56,347 bases of DNA from an uncultured Lentimicrobiaceae bacterium (GCA_964588415.1 CAZPPK010000001.1:1-56347), one strand, 5' to 3'. Positions 37,439 to 49,491 are shown, counted from the stretch's first letter. Made by a program: numbers and translations. The notes: generated from the letters alone by a model not told the origin.

Positions 37439-37567
37439 GGCTTCGTGTGGTATTTCGTTATAATTCAGGAAATGAATTTTTGATTCTTTTTGTGAAATAA
37501 ATTTATTTAATTGGGACGGAACGATTCGTTATTCGTGTTTTAGTTATAAACAATGTGAAGTTAATTC

Positions 37568-38866
37568 TCAGATCTCTTCTGCATCATTTTCAAACCAGTC
37601 TTTTATAATTCCAAGAAACCGTTTCGACCCTAACTCATGTTTTTCTCCTTTTCGTTTTTTGGCTTTTCTCGTGCCGTCACCATTTTCATCGGGACGTTTG
37701 GTTTTGATCTCCATTTCATAGCGCTTAATTCCCTCAATCACAAGGCCTATACTGGTTGAAAACATGGGACTTGCAATCTCGTCGCTGACTTCCATTGCCA
37801 GGTGTTCATTGGGGTAACCAATACGCGTTTCCATCCCGGTAGTGAAGGCTGCCAACTGATTAATGTGCCTTAACTGGGCGCCACCGCCGGTAATTACAAT
37901 ACCTGCTATCAGCTTCTTTTCAAATCCGGAGTTCTTAATTTCATAATAAACGTGCTCCAAGATCTCTTCCATCCGGGCCTGAATGATCGAAGCCAGATTC
38001 CTCAAAGTGATCTCTTTCGGAGCGCGTCCTCTCAATCCGGGAATGGCAACAACCTCATCGTCCCGATTCTCACTAGCCAGCGCCGAACCAAACTTTACTT
38101 TCAATTCTTCTGCATGCCTGCGGATAATAGAACAGCCTTCTTTCACGTCTTCTGTAACGATATCTCCACCAAACGGAATTACTGCCGTATGACGGATGAT
38201 ATTATCCTGAAAGATGGCAATGTCTGTTGTACCACCGCCAATATCTACCAGAACAACTCCGGCTTCTTTTTCTTCTTCACTTAATACAGCTTCCGCGGAA
38301 GCAATGGGTTCCAGAATTAGCTGTGAATCTTCCAGACCAGCTTTTTTGATACACTTGTAAATATTTTTTGCGGCAGCCGTCTGACCTATGATGATGTGAA
38401 AGTTAGCCTCCAACTTACTTCCTAACATACCAACAGGATGCCGTATTCCGTCTTCATCATCAACGATAAAATCCTGTGGGATCACGTCAATGATCTCCTC
38501 ACCCGGAAGCATATTCAATTTATACATATTGTGAACCAATTGCTCAACTTCCACATTGACAATTTCTTTGTCGGCATCCTCCCTGATGAGTGTTCCACGG
38601 TGCTGTAGACTTTTAATATGCTGACCTGCAATGCCTACGTTTACATATTTTATATCTACACTGGATTGCTGTTCAGCCTGGGTAACAGCCAGTTGTATGG
38701 AGCGTACTGTATCTTCGATGTTTGTGACAACGCCACGTTTAACACCAATGGATTCCGTTTTTCCGTAACCCAATATCTCTATTTTGCCAAATTCGTTTTT
38801 CCGTCCTACGATACAGGCTATTTTAGTAGTTCCAATGTCTAATCCTACAATAATGTCGTTTTCCAT
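37568..38866 (-). CDS. ftsA: Cell division protein FtsA
   Basis: GLDIGTTKI, VDIGGGTTD, ITGGGA; position in the dcw cluster. Confidence 0.97.
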   Translation of the reverse strand: MENDIIVGLDIGTTKIACIVGRKNEFGKIEILGYGKTESIGVKRGVVTNIEDTVRSIQLAVTQAEQQSSVDIKYVNVGIAGQHIKSLQHRGTLIREDADKEIVNVEVEQLVHNMYKLNMLPGEEIIDVIPQDFIVDDEDGIRHPVGMLGSKLEANFHIIIGQTAAAKNIYKCIKKAGLEDSQLILEPIASAEAVLSEEEKEAGVVLVDIGGGTTDIAIFQDNIIRHTAVIPFGGDIVTEDVKEGCSIIRRHAEELKVKFGSALASENRDDEVVAIPGLRGRAPKEITLRNLASIIQARMEEILEHVYYEIKNSGFEKKLIAGIVITGGGAQLRHINQLAAFTTGMETRIGYPNEHLAMEVSDEIASPMFSTSIGLVIEGIKRYEMEIKTKRPDENGDGTRKAKKRKGEKHELGSKRFLGIIKDWFENDAEEI

Positions 38867-38870
38867 GATC

Positions 38871-39641
38871 CTATTTTTTTGTGCAGATTACCTGATTTGT
38901 AAAAGCCAGATTAATACTATTATATTTATTCCAACCTTCTTTAACAAGCGCTTGCTTGTAAAAAGCTTTTAAATTTTCGAGTTTAATATCCTTTTCCTCA
39001 AGGTTTCCAAAATGGATAATAAAGTTGCCCAATTCGGGAATCAAGTCAATTTTGCCCATACTGTTGACAAATATCTGGCTGATCTCCGAATTCAAGAACG
39101 GGTCGGAATGTATTTTCCTCGCTAGATCGTACAATCCTGGAAGTAAGGTTTTTGAGTAGATGCTGTCATGAATACTTTTTCCCGTCTTTAAAGGTACATC
39201 AATATAACCGTTGACAAAAAGGGCACGTTCTGAATAGTTATTCCCCAATGGGAAAAGTGTTCCATTTTCATCTATATAACAACTTTTTCGATTTTTAGTA
39301 ACCAGGCGCAAAAGTGCTACTTTCTCCTTTACGTTTACAATTAAATCTCCTGAAATATTTAAAAAAGCATCGGCAGCTTCCACATAAGGGTTTCGTGATA
39401 TTTTTGATTTTATCTTTTTAAGGTTTAGGTTCTTAACTTTAGTGTGCTGTACAGTGTCACCAATGTCGAATAAGGAAAGAACACCCTTCTGGGACAGAAA
39501 ACCACTGCCGTTTTTCTGCTCAATCCTGACCTCAACTCTTTTCACAAACTGATTACGGAAATGGCTGTAAATAAAACCAGCCAATATCAACACCAGCACT
39601 GCAAAAAGAGAGACTCCCAATATGGATAATTTTTTCTTCAT
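38871..39641 (-). CDS. ftsQ: Cell division protein FtsQ
   Basis: Single N-terminal TM; C-terminal GWNKYNSINLAFTNQVICTK; lies between murC and ftsA. Confidence 0.85.
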   Translation of the reverse strand: MKKKLSILGVSLFAVLVLILAGFIYSHFRNQFVKRVEVRIEQKNGSGFLSQKGVLSLFDIGDTVQHTKVKNLNLKKIKSKISRNPYVEAADAFLNISGDLIVNVKEKVALLRLVTKNRKSCYIDENGTLFPLGNNYSERALFVNGYIDVPLKTGKSIHDSIYSKTLLPGLYDLARKIHSDPFLNSEISQIFVNSMGKIDLIPELGNFIIHFGNLEEKDIKLENLKAFYKQALVKEGWNKYNSINLAFTNQVICTKK

Positions 39642-40990
39642 CTGTTTCTCAATATCCTTTCAATGTCTTCAACCATCATTCCAATATCTCCTGCCCCAAG
39701 GCTTAACAATACTTCCGGTTTGTCTTCTTCGAGAAATTTCAAAAAAGCCTTTTTGTCAAACAAATATTTGTCTTCTACATCTATTTTATCAAAAATAATT
39801 TTTGATGTTACGCCAGGAATTGGTTTTTCACGGGCAGGATAAATATCCAGCAAAAAAACACAGTCCAAACTACTTAATGCGGCTGCAAATTCATCAGCCA
39901 TATCACGTGTTCTGCTATACAAATGGGGCTGAAAAACAGCACTTATTTTTTTATCAGGATATAAGGTTCTAACTGCATCGATGGTTGCCTTAATTTCAAC
40001 CGGATGATGACCGTAATCGTCAATATAAACCAAATCAGCATTTTGTATCCTAAAATCAAAGCGCCTTTCAACTCCCGTAAAACTCTCCAAGGCTTTTTTA
40101 ATGGCTTCAGGATCAATTTTAAGCTGAAGGGCTATCGCAATGGCAGCCAGTGCATTCTCAACATAATGCAAACCCGGAATGTTCATCCTGACATTCATCA
40201 GAAACTGCTTGTCATTCCAAACTTTAAAGTGGAATTTCCCGTCTTCAACTTTGACATTTGCAGCATGAATTTCGGCATCTTTTGACAATCCATAAGCCAC
40301 CCTTTCCGGGAATTCATTCTCAAAAACCATCAGTTTTTCATGAGCGATCAGTTTTCCATTTTTCCTGAGTTGCTTTGCAAAGAGCAGAAAAGTTTTATGG
40401 ACTTCATCCAAATTCTGATAAACATCAAGGTGATCGGCATCCATAGAAGTGACTATTGCCAGATTTGGCTCCAGTTTCAGCAGCGACCTGTCAAACTCAT
40501 CGGCTTCAACAACAAGGTATTCAGGATTTTCTGATACAAAGAAATTTGAATTCAGGTTTTTGCTGATACCGCCGATGAAAGCAAGCGAAGGAAAATCCGC
40601 AATTTTAAGAATCTGCGTAATCATAGCGGTGATACTGGTCTTTCCATGAGTTCCTGCAACAGCGATGGTAAACAATTCATGGCTTATCTCACCCAAAACA
40701 TCAGCACGTTTATGAAGGGCTACGCCTTTGTTTTTAAAAAATATAAGTTCAGCATTGTCTTCAGGAATTGCAGGTGTATAAATAACCTTGTCGATATGGG
40801 CAGGAATCAATGAAATATCTTCATTGTAATGAAGATGCATGCCTTCTTCTTCCAATTGCCGGGTTAGTTTGGTAACCGTCAGATCGTAGCCGTAAATTTG
40901 ACAACCCAGTTTTTGAAAATACCGCGCCAGGGCACTCATCCCGATGCCGCCAATTCCCAAGAAATATAATATGTCTGCCTGCCTATTCAT
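39638..40990 (-). CDS. murC: UDP-N-acetylmuramate--L-alanine ligase
   Basis: GIGGIGMSALA, AGTHGKTS, VEADEFD, DDYGHHP, FQPHLYSRT. Confidence 0.96.
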   Translation of the reverse strand: MNRQADILYFLGIGGIGMSALARYFQKLGCQIYGYDLTVTKLTRQLEEEGMHLHYNEDISLIPAHIDKVIYTPAIPEDNAELIFFKNKGVALHKRADVLGEISHELFTIAVAGTHGKTSITAMITQILKIADFPSLAFIGGISKNLNSNFFVSENPEYLVVEADEFDRSLLKLEPNLAIVTSMDADHLDVYQNLDEVHKTFLLFAKQLRKNGKLIAHEKLMVFENEFPERVAYGLSKDAEIHAANVKVEDGKFHFKVWNDKQFLMNVRMNIPGLHYVENALAAIAIALQLKIDPEAIKKALESFTGVERRFDFRIQNADLVYIDDYGHHPVEIKATIDAVRTLYPDKKISAVFQPHLYSRTRDMADEFAAALSSLDCVFLLDIYPAREKPIPGVTSKIIFDKIDVEDKYLFDKKAFLKFLEEDKPEVLLSLGAGDIGMMVEDIERILRNR

Positions 40991-42114
40991 CAACTTTTCC
41001 CTGGTTTTATTAGTTTAATCACTTCATTAACAATTTTTTCCGTAGCATCTCCATGTTCAAATTGGTGCAGATTAGCCTTTAATTCATCGCGCTTTTCGGG
41101 ATTTTTAGTTAACAGTTGCACTGTATCCAGCAAATTGCGTCGCAGGTCTTTTTCAGGAACAATCAATGCTGCATTTTTGTTTACCAAAGCCATGGCATTA
41201 TGCGTCTGATGATCTTCCGCTGCCGAAGGAAGCGGTACAAAAATGGCAGGTTTGTTAACCTGAACTATTTCCGCAATGGATATTGCCCCTGCCCGTGAAA
41301 CAATTACATCGGCTGCTGCATAAGCCTTATCCATTTCATGAATGAAATCCAACACCTTTACCCTTTGCCGGAATTTGCTATTCAAGACAGATTTTTGAGC
41401 CATCGGCATCGAAATTTTACCCGTTTGCCAGATCATTTGGATACCCAGCGAAAGTAATTTGTCGATCAACTGGCTTATCGCCAGATTCATATTTCTTGCA
41501 CCCTGACTTCCTCCAAAAACAAGCAGTGTCGGGCGATCCTTTTCCAAATCAAAAAACTTCCTGGCTTCCTCAGGACTTTCATTCATCTGCATAATATTTT
41601 GTCTGATGGGACTTCCTGTCAGAACAATTTTTTCGGCAGAAAAATATTTCTCCATTCCTTCATAGGCCGTACATATCTTGTTGACAGATTTTCCCAACAG
41701 CCGGTTGGTGACGCCCGGATAAGAGTTTTGCTCCAGTATCAGGGTGGGGACTTTTTTTCCGGAAGCGGCTTTTAAAAGTGGGGCACTGGCATAGCCACCT
41801 GTTCCAACAGCCACATCAGGAGCAAAACCAGAAATGATTCTTCGTGCTCTCCATAAACTATTTACCAATTTGAAAGGCACCCATAAGTTCTTCAATGTCA
41901 GCCTTCTCTGAAAACCGCTGATCCACAAACCCTGAATTTGGTATCCGGCCATGGGAACTTTTTCCATTTCCATCCTGCCTTTTGCACCAACAAACAGAAT
42001 TTCCACATATCCGAGTTTTTCTTTCAAACCATTTGCAATAGCAATGGCCGGGAAGATGTGTCCTCCCGTTCCTCCCCCGCTGATCAATATTTTATATGTT
42101 TCAGGCACTTTCAT
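40990..42114 (-). CDS. murG: Lipid II GlcNAc transferase
   Basis: GGGTGGHIFPA, EQNSYPG, GGSQGA, SRAGA, DHQTHNA. Confidence 0.96.
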   Translation of the reverse strand: MKVPETYKILISGGGTGGHIFPAIAIANGLKEKLGYVEILFVGAKGRMEMEKVPMAGYQIQGLWISGFQRRLTLKNLWVPFKLVNSLWRARRIISGFAPDVAVGTGGYASAPLLKAASGKKVPTLILEQNSYPGVTNRLLGKSVNKICTAYEGMEKYFSAEKIVLTGSPIRQNIMQMNESPEEARKFFDLEKDRPTLLVFGGSQGARNMNLAISQLIDKLLSLGIQMIWQTGKISMPMAQKSVLNSKFRQRVKVLDFIHEMDKAYAAADVIVSRAGAISIAEIVQVNKPAIFVPLPSAAEDHQTHNAMALVNKNAALIVPEKDLRRNLLDTVQLLTKNPEKRDELKANLHQFEHGDATEKIVNEVIKLIKPGKS

Positions 42115-43267
42115 TTCCAAACTCTATTAGTTCTTTTTCATTGCTTTCTTCCACATCGCGGCTCACGCTGAGTAAAATTCCCAAAGACAAACTGGTAAAC
42201 AGCACCGAAGTCCCACCCATACTGACCATCGGAAGTGGTTGTCCGGTAACCGGAAGTATATGAACCGCAACGGCCATGTTAATCAACGCCTGAAACACCA
42301 GGCTGAAGCTTAAGCCGATGGCGAGGAAAACCCCAAAGTTCCTGGGAACTTTGGTCACAATTTTTACAGCCCTGAATAACAAGATTAAATATAGGAGAAC
42401 TACTATCGTGCCTCCTACCAGACCATATTCTTCAACTATGATGGAAAAAATAAAATCGGAATACGGGTGGGGTAGAAAATTCCGTTGCGTACTTTTCCCG
42501 GGCATTTTGCCAAAAATACCCCCCGTTGCTATGGCAATTTTTGATTGCTCCACTTGGTAATTATTCTTCTCACCACCTTTTGAAAAGTTTTCTATTCGGG
42601 CTTTCCAAGTATCCAGACGGCCATTTTTGCCGTCTGGCATCATAAACAATATTGCAAAAAATATGGCTGCTCCGGCTATGGCAATTCCAACCGTAGCAAT
42701 AATGTATGATATTTTTACCCTTCCGATGAAAATAAGTACAAGACTGGTCGTGAATAAAAGTGCTGCCGTTGAAAGGTTTGCCGGCAAGATCAATCCGCAT
42801 ATGATGAAAACGGGTAAGATCAAGTACAGCAGAACTTTATTAAAATCGTTGATTTCGCTATACTTTTTGGTCAACATCCTTGCCAAATAAACCACAAGAG
42901 TAAGTTTAGCCAGGTCGGAGGTTTCAAAACTCAATCCCAAGGGTAAAGGCAACGAACGGCGTGCATCATTAAGGTTCAGCCCAAAAACCAAAGTCAGCAA
43001 CAGTAAAGGAACAGCTATAAAAAAAGCAATTTGAAAAATGCGGGAATAAAATGTATAACGCACCAGATGAGCAAAATACATAAGAAGTAATCCGACCAGC
43101 AAAAAGATACCGTGGCGGATCATGTAATGAGCAGTGTCTCCACCCTGGTATTTATACGCAAGGGTTCCTGTTGAACTGTAAACGGCCAAAAATGATAAAA
43201 TGGTCAGGATAAAGACAATAGCCCAAATCACCTTATCACCTTTTATGCTACTCATTAACTTATTCAT
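42101..43267 (-). CDS. ftsW: SEDS peptidoglycan polymerase FtsW
   Basis: Multi-TM; FLPHPYSDFIFSIIVEEYG; PVTGQPLPMVSMGGTS. Confidence 0.95.
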   Translation of the reverse strand: MNKLMSSIKGDKVIWAIVFILTILSFLAVYSSTGTLAYKYQGGDTAHYMIRHGIFLLVGLLLMYFAHLVRYTFYSRIFQIAFFIAVPLLLLTLVFGLNLNDARRSLPLPLGLSFETSDLAKLTLVVYLARMLTKKYSEINDFNKVLLYLILPVFIICGLILPANLSTAALLFTTSLVLIFIGRVKISYIIATVGIAIAGAAIFFAILFMMPDGKNGRLDTWKARIENFSKGGEKNNYQVEQSKIAIATGGIFGKMPGKSTQRNFLPHPYSDFIFSIIVEEYGLVGGTIVVLLYLILLFRAVKIVTKVPRNFGVFLAIGLSFSLVFQALINMAVAVHILPVTGQPLPMVSMGGTSVLFTSLSLGILLSVSRDVEESNEKELIEFGNESA

Positions 43268-43308
43268 TCCGCTTTCCTTTCTGGATTTGATTTTAAAGTT
43301 TTGAAGAT

Positions 43309-44655
43309 TTAAAGCTCGTTAACCGCCTGCTTAAACTGATTGCCACGGTCTTCGTAATTTTCAAAGAGATCAAAACTGGCGCAGGCTGGTGACAAAAGAA
43401 CGATTTCGTCTTTTTCTGCCAGATGGTAAGAATCTTCCACAGCTTCACGCGCTGATTCCGTATCTACGATTACATCCACCACATCTGAAAATGCTTTATG
43501 AATATTGGCATTATCCAAACCCAGGCAGACGATGGCTTTCACTTTTTCCTTTACCAAATTTCTAAGGGTTTCGTAATCGTTTCCTTTATCAACACCTCCA
43601 ACGATCCAGACTGTTTGTTTGTCCACATACTCCAAAGCATACCAGGTAGCATTAATATTGGTTGCTTTAGAATCGTTGATGAAGCTAATACCGTGAACAC
43701 TTGCCACAAATTCCAGGCGATGCGAGATGTTTTGAAAATCTGAAAGGCTCTGTTTAATGGTTTCCTTTCTAATCTCAATCAATTGTGCAGCGATGCCAGC
43801 TGCCATTGAATTTCTTTGGTTGTGTTTTCCCTGTAATGCTAACTGCTCCAATGTCATATCAAATTTATTTTTACCGTTTTTAAAAACTATTTTATTCCCG
43901 TTTAAATAAGCTCCAGCTCCTTTGCCTTCCGGCAGAAAACCAAAAGGAACGGTTATCGCTTCAATTTTTCGTTTTTTCATTTCTTTTAAAATGACCGGAT
44001 CTTCGGCCCAGTAAATGAAAAAATCTTTTTTGGTTTGATTTTGAAGAATCCGGAATTTTGAATCCACATATTTTTGAAGATCATAATCGTAACGATTCAA
44101 ATGATCAGGAGTTATATTCAGTAATACAGCAACTTCTGCTTTAAACTGAAACATGTCATCCAGCTGAAAACTGCTTATTTCCAGCACGTAATAATCAAAG
44201 TCGCGAAGTGCCACCTGCATGGCAAAACTCTCTCCCACGTTACCCGCCAGTCCCACGTTCAATCCAGCATTTTTCAAAATATGATAGGTCAGTAGTGTTG
44301 TAGTGGTCTTCCCGTTGCTTCCTGTAATACAAATCTTTACTGCGTTTGTAAACCGGGACGCAAATTCTATTTCTGAGATCACTCCGATCTTTTTTTTCTG
44401 TAGTTTCCTGATTATAGGAATGTTGTCAGGAATTCCGGGACTTTTAACTACCTCACCGGAAGTCAATATCTTTTCGATACTGTGACCGTTTTCTTCAAAC
44501 TCAATTTCATAATGTATAAGAACGCGTCGATACTTTTTGTCTATTTCTCCATTATCTGAAACAAAAACACTCATGTTCCTGGTTTTGGCCAGAACAGCAG
44601 CGCCAACGCCGCTTTCGCCAGCACCAAGAACTACTATATCGTATTTTTTGTTCAT
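43309..44655 (-). CDS. murD: UDP-MurNAc-L-Ala--D-glutamate ligase
   Basis: GAGESG, VKSPGI, ITGSNGKTTT, EISSFQL, NDSKATN, LSPACASFD. Confidence 0.97.
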   Translation of the reverse strand: MNKKYDIVVLGAGESGVGAAVLAKTRNMSVFVSDNGEIDKKYRRVLIHYEIEFEENGHSIEKILTSGEVVKSPGIPDNIPIIRKLQKKKIGVISEIEFASRFTNAVKICITGSNGKTTTTLLTYHILKNAGLNVGLAGNVGESFAMQVALRDFDYYVLEISSFQLDDMFQFKAEVAVLLNITPDHLNRYDYDLQKYVDSKFRILQNQTKKDFFIYWAEDPVILKEMKKRKIEAITVPFGFLPEGKGAGAYLNGNKIVFKNGKNKFDMTLEQLALQGKHNQRNSMAAGIAAQLIEIRKETIKQSLSDFQNISHRLEFVASVHGISFINDSKATNINATWYALEYVDKQTVWIVGGVDKGNDYETLRNLVKEKVKAIVCLGLDNANIHKAFSDVVDVIVDTESAREAVEDSYHLAEKDEIVLLSPACASFDLFENYEDRGNQFKQAVNEL

Positions 44656-44670
44656 CCTTTTTTATCCGAT

Positions 44671-45912
44671 TTACCTGACTTTCAATGTAATGATGGTCAT
44701 CACCGCGAGAGCAATCCCAACAATAAAAAACCGAACAACAATCTTGGGTTCCGAGTATCCCATCTTCTGAAAATGGTGATGTAACGGTGCCATTTTAAAG
44801 ATGCGCCGTCCGATTCCATATTTTTTGCGGGAATATTTGAAGTAGCCCACCTGAAACATGACCGATAAACTTTCCACCAGGAAGATTCCGCACAAAAGCG
44901 GAATGAGTAATTCTTTTCTGATGATAATGGCAAAAACAGCGATGATACCTCCAATGGCCAGGCTGCCCGTATCGCCCATAAAGATTTGGGCGGGATAAGT
45001 ATTGAACCATAGGAATCCAACCGTTGCCCCCACAAAGGCACTTACGAAAACTGCAAGCTCACCCACGTTGGGCAAATACATGATATTCAGGTAATCAGCA
45101 AAAATTATATTACCAGAGACCCAAGCCAGAATTCCCAGTGTCGCTCCGATGATGGCAGAAGTTCCCGCCGCAAGTCCATCCATTCCGTCGGTAAGATTTG
45201 CACCGTTGGAAACGCCTGTAATTATTAGGATTACGATGGGAATAAACACCAGGAAAGCCCATTTTTTATATCCTGGGCCAATCCATTCCAACAATGAAGC
45301 GTAATTAAATTCATTGTTTTTCAGGAAAGGAATCGTCGTCTTAACAGCATGACTATCTTTAATAGAAAAGCGGGCAGAAGCACCGGGTTCCCCAGTTAAA
45401 GAATACACAGCACTGACAGGCTCATGGGTTTTTTCCCGGATTACCACATTCTTATTAAAGTACATCACCAAACCCACTATCAAACCAAGAATTACCTGCC
45501 CGATGATTTTGTATTTTCCACGAAGGCCTTGTTTGTCTTTTTTAAATACTTTAATGTAATCGTCAATAAATCCAATGGTGCCCATCCAAACTGTTGTAAA
45601 CAGCATGAGAAGTATATAAATATTGTCCAATCTTGCGAAAAGCAATGCCGGGATCAAAATAGAAGACAAAATGATCAAACCGCCCATGGTTGGGGTTCCC
45701 TGCTTTTCCAACTGGCCTTCCAGTCCAAGGTCACGAACGATCTCACCAACCTGTTTCCGTTTCAGGAATTTAATCCAGCGTCCACCGAAAACCATTCCGA
45801 TTAAAAGAGATGTCATTAAAGCCAGCGCAGCCCGGAATGACAGGTACTGAAACAGCCCTGTTCCCGGAATGGAGTAGTTATCATGTAGAAATTTAAATAA
45901 ATGATATAACAT
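44671..45912 (-). CDS. mraY: Phospho-MurNAc-pentapeptide transferase
   Basis: [38 protein letters not shown]. Confidence 0.97.
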   Translation of the reverse strand: MLYHLFKFLHDNYSIPGTGLFQYLSFRAALALMTSLLIGMVFGGRWIKFLKRKQVGEIVRDLGLEGQLEKQGTPTMGGLIILSSILIPALLFARLDNIYILLMLFTTVWMGTIGFIDDYIKVFKKDKQGLRGKYKIIGQVILGLIVGLVMYFNKNVVIREKTHEPVSAVYSLTGEPGASARFSIKDSHAVKTTIPFLKNNEFNYASLLEWIGPGYKKWAFLVFIPIVILIITGVSNGANLTDGMDGLAAGTSAIIGATLGILAWVSGNIIFADYLNIMYLPNVGELAVFVSAFVGATVGFLWFNTYPAQIFMGDTGSLAIGGIIAVFAIIIRKELLIPLLCGIFLVESLSVMFQVGYFKYSRKKYGIGRRIFKMAPLHHHFQKMGYSEPKIVVRFFIVGIALAVMTIITLKVR

Positions 45913-45917
45913 ATTCT

Positions 45918-47375
45918 TTATGCTTGTTCAAACAGTTCTTTCAATATTTTTTTGTCGTCAAAAGGATATTTCACCCCTTTTATTTCCTGATATTTTTCGT
46001 GTCCTTTTCCTGCAATCAGAATGATATCTCTATCTTCGGACAGGTTAAATGCCGTTTTGATGGCTTCCTGTCGGTTGCTTATCACCATGGTATATCGCTT
46101 TTGTACCGGGTCAATCCCGGTTATCATATCAGCAAGAATGGCTTCGGGGTCTTCGCTGCGCGGGTTGTCTGATGTAAGAATTACCCTTTCGCTATATTGT
46201 GCTGCTATAGAAGCCATTATCGGCCTTTTGGTTTTATCGCGATCGCCACCGGCTCCAATAACAGTGGTAAGTCTGGAATCGCCTGAAAGAACCGATTTTA
46301 TGGTTTCCAAAACATTTTTTAAAGCATCCGGGGTGTGGGCATAATCTACAATTCCGGTAACGCCCTGAGCTGACCGTAACACTTCAAAACGTCCTTCAGC
46401 ACCATGGAGCGTGCTAATAACAGAGAGTATTTCTTCCTTTTTCTGATTTAATAAGATGGCGACACCATAAATCGCAAGCAGGTTTGAAGCATTGAATCCT
46501 CCAACGAGAAGCGAATACAACTCTTCATTGTCAATTCGCATTTTCAATCCTTCAATTTCATTTTCCAACACACGGCCTTTGAAATCAGCCATAGTTTTCA
46601 AACCAAAGCTGTATTTATTAGCTTTTGTATTTTGCAACATCACATCAGAATTCCTGTCATCAGCATTTACCAAGGCAAAGGCATCTGCAAGCAAGTCATC
46701 AAAAAATTTCTTTTTCGCCCGGATGTATTCTTTGAAAGTTTTATGATAATCCAGGTGGTCGTGGGTGATATTCGTAAATACAGCTCCCGTAAATTCCAGA
46801 CTGGCGATTCTTTCCTGCACTACGGCATGTGAACTGACTTCCATAAAGGCAAATTCACAACCTTCATCAACCATCTCCTTCAATATCTTGTTTATATTGA
46901 TAGCGTCAGGTGTAGTGCGGTCCGTTTTAATTTCCCGGTTCTGTACCTTATTCACGATCGTGGAAAGCATCCCTGTTTTATATCCAAGCTTCATAAACAG
47001 CTGGTGCAAAAGGGTAATAATGGTTGTTTTACCGTTGGTTCCCGTAACGCCTACCAGCTTTAATTGACTTGATGGATTTCCGTAAAAATTTGAAGCCACA
47101 AGTCCCAGTACGAGCGAAGAATCATTTACCCGAATATAGGCCACAGCCTCATCAATTTTTTTTGGTAAGATCTCACAAACTACTGCCCCGGCTCCTTTTC
47201 CAACAGCTGTCTCAATAAATTTATGCCCATCGGTTTGTGTTCCTGAAATGGCAACAAACAGGGAACCTTTCTGAACTTTCCTTGAATCCAGTACAATTGA
47301 TTCGATGTCAATCTCAACAGACCCTTTAACCTGCTGAGCTGCAACGCCGTTCAATATTTCCTTTAGTCCTTTCAT
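45918..47375 (-). CDS. murE: UDP-MurNAc-dipeptide--meso-DAP ligase
   Basis: [33 protein letters not shown] (DAP specificity), GKGHE. Confidence 0.97.
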   Translation of the reverse strand: MKGLKEILNGVAAQQVKGSVEIDIESIVLDSRKVQKGSLFVAISGTQTDGHKFIETAVGKGAGAVVCEILPKKIDEAVAYIRVNDSSLVLGLVASNFYGNPSSQLKLVGVTGTNGKTTIITLLHQLFMKLGYKTGMLSTIVNKVQNREIKTDRTTPDAININKILKEMVDEGCEFAFMEVSSHAVVQERIASLEFTGAVFTNITHDHLDYHKTFKEYIRAKKKFFDDLLADAFALVNADDRNSDVMLQNTKANKYSFGLKTMADFKGRVLENEIEGLKMRIDNEELYSLLVGGFNASNLLAIYGVAILLNQKKEEILSVISTLHGAEGRFEVLRSAQGVTGIVDYAHTPDALKNVLETIKSVLSGDSRLTTVIGAGGDRDKTKRPIMASIAAQYSERVILTSDNPRSEDPEAILADMITGIDPVQKRYTMVISNRQEAIKTAFNLSEDRDIILIAGKGHEKYQEIKGVKYPFDDKKILKELFEQA

Positions 47376-47385
47376 TTCCTGTTTG

Positions 47386-49491
47386 TCAAAATGTTGTTAA
47401 CAGAATATTTATGGTTTGTCCTTTTTGATAGCGGTGACCGGGACGGCGCGACTGGGACATAACAGCCCCCCTCCCAGTGACATCAACCTTGAAGCCCATA
47501 TTTTCCAGAAGGTAAATGGCATCTTTGGCTTTCATCCCTCTCACATTTGGCACAAGACCCCTGGAAAAATCTTTTACTCTAAAGACGGCTGTATCATTCA
47601 CGTCTCTGGTCTCAGCCCACTTTTCTTTGCTCAGATAATCTTTCTGATTAATTCCCAAGCTCTTGTAAATTATTTTCAGATCGGGATACCATACGGGATG
47701 GTTCGCAATAGGCAAAGCACCTAGAGTATCCGGAATCCCTGAACCCATATTCATTGCCAGGGAAGTGGCATATACTTTATCAGCAATTTCTTTAAACACA
47801 GGTGCTGCTGCTGCTGCTCCATAGTAACCGTGTTTTGGCCTATTAATCACCACAATACAAGAATATTGTGGATTATCTGCAGGAAAGTAGCCGACAAAAG
47901 TGGCATTATACGCCCTTATGTATCTGCCATCCTCGTTAATCTTTGCCGTCCCTGTCTTCCCAGCAATTTTAAAATGCTTGTTTTTCAATGACTGGCCTGT
48001 ACCATACTCAACTACTCCTTCCAAAAGTTCTTTTGCTAATTTGATGACACGTGGTGGAGCAATCATGGAGTCCCTGATCTGAACAGGGAATTTTTTTACT
48101 ACCGTTCCACCTTCAGTAATCTCCGTTACAAAACGGGGTTTAACTTCAACTCCGTTATTGGCTACGGAATTATAAAATGTAAGGATTTGCAAAGGCGTCA
48201 ATTCCAAGCCATAACCAATAGACATCCAAGGCAAAGAAGTCAAGTACCAGACCTTTTTATCAGATGGATTTTTAATATAGGGCATGGCCTCGCCGGGAAT
48301 AGAAAGGCCCAGCGGCTTGTTTAATTTCATGGCGTAGAGATGATCGATAAACTTTGCAGGATCATCTTTATAACTTCTGTAAATGATTTTCGAAATTCCC
48401 ACATTTGAAGACTTTTCAAAAGCTTCCCTTGCAGTAAGAATTCCGTCACCCACATCATGAACATCGCGAAGAATCCTTCCATAATAATATACATATCCTT
48501 TTCCTACAGAAACAGTGTCGTCAAGCTTCACTTTATGATCATCCAATGCAGAAATAATGGAAGCCAGCTTAAAAGTAGAGCCGGGTTCTATCTTTTCTCC
48601 AATGGCCATGTTATAACTTTCTTCGTAAGCACTATCGGTCGAATCATATTTAAGGTTGGCAATTGCTTTGATATCACCGGTTTTTACTTCCATCAGAACG
48701 GCACAACCCATTCGGGCTTCATGCTTTATCATTTGTTTCCGCAAAGCTTCCTCCGCCACATCCTGCAAATCAACGTTGATGGTGCTAACAATATCTTTTC
48801 CGTTGTGTGGCTCCACATCCATATCATTGTGAACCGGAAGCCAGGCTCCATGATTGATCCTGCGACGGATCTGTTTACCATTCGTACCCTTAAGTACTTT
48901 AGTGTATGCCCCTTCAAGTCCTACACGTATTTTTTCAGCCGAATTATCATAACCAATAGTCCGGGCAGCAAGTGTTCCATAAGGAAGCTTTCTTGTCGTT
49001 TTCTGAAAAGTTATAAGTCCTCCGTAAGCTTTTCGTCTTAGAATGGGAAAGGTTTCAATCTCTTTTAACTGATCGTAGGTAACCTTCCGGTGAATCAGAC
49101 AAAAGCGGTTTCCTTTTTTCCTGGCCTCAACGAGCATGCGGCGGTAATAAACGGAAGATTGATCCTGAAACAAACCGGCAAGACGCTTAGAAAGAGAATC
49201 TACTTTTGTGTTGAAAAGAAAATTGGAAATATAATTGCTGGCGACATCCATCCGAACTTGAAAAACAGGCACAGACGTAGCAAGCAGGTCCCCATCATCG
49301 GAAAGAATGTTTCCACGGGAGGCCTTCAAATCGAATATCCTGATCTCCTGTCTTTTCGCTTCCTTATCCAGTTTAGGACCTTCTTTCACCTGAATGTAAA
49401 CGATCTTTCCAACAATGGCTGCACCAAATAGAAGCATCAGGCCATAAACAAGATAAACTCGCCACAATATGTCATTCTTATCTTCTGTCAC
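47386..49491 (-). CDS. ftsI: Class B penicillin-binding protein FtsI with a PASTA domain
   Basis: EPGSTFK, SSNVG, GKTGTA; GTG start. Confidence 0.94.
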   Translation of the reverse strand: MTEDKNDILWRVYLVYGLMLLFGAAIVGKIVYIQVKEGPKLDKEAKRQEIRIFDLKASRGNILSDDGDLLATSVPVFQVRMDVASNYISNFLFNTKVDSLSKRLAGLFQDQSSVYYRRMLVEARKKGNRFCLIHRKVTYDQLKEIETFPILRRKAYGGLITFQKTTRKLPYGTLAARTIGYDNSAEKIRVGLEGAYTKVLKGTNGKQIRRRINHGAWLPVHNDMDVEPHNGKDIVSTINVDLQDVAEEALRKQMIKHEARMGCAVLMEVKTGDIKAIANLKYDSTDSAYEESYNMAIGEKIEPGSTFKLASIISALDDHKVKLDDTVSVGKGYVYYYGRILRDVHDVGDGILTAREAFEKSSNVGISKIIYRSYKDDPAKFIDHLYAMKLNKPLGLSIPGEAMPYIKNPSDKKVWYLTSLPWMSIGYGLELTPLQILTFYNSVANNGVEVKPRFVTEITEGGTVVKKFPVQIRDSMIAPPRVIKLAKELLEGVVEYGTGQSLKNKHFKIAGKTGTAKINEDGRYIRAYNATFVGYFPADNPQYSCIVVINRPKHGYYGAAAAAPVFKEIADKVYATSLAMNMGSGIPDTLGALPIANHPVWYPDLKIIYKSLGINQKDYLSKEKWAETRDVNDTAVFRVKDFSRGLVPNVRGMKAKDAIYLLENMGFKVDVTGRGAVMSQSRRPGHRYQKGQTINILLTTF

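Noticed and set aside
44671-47375. murF and ddl missing from the dcw cluster
   Set aside because: This is the usual arrangement in Bacteroidota, where these genes lie elsewhere.
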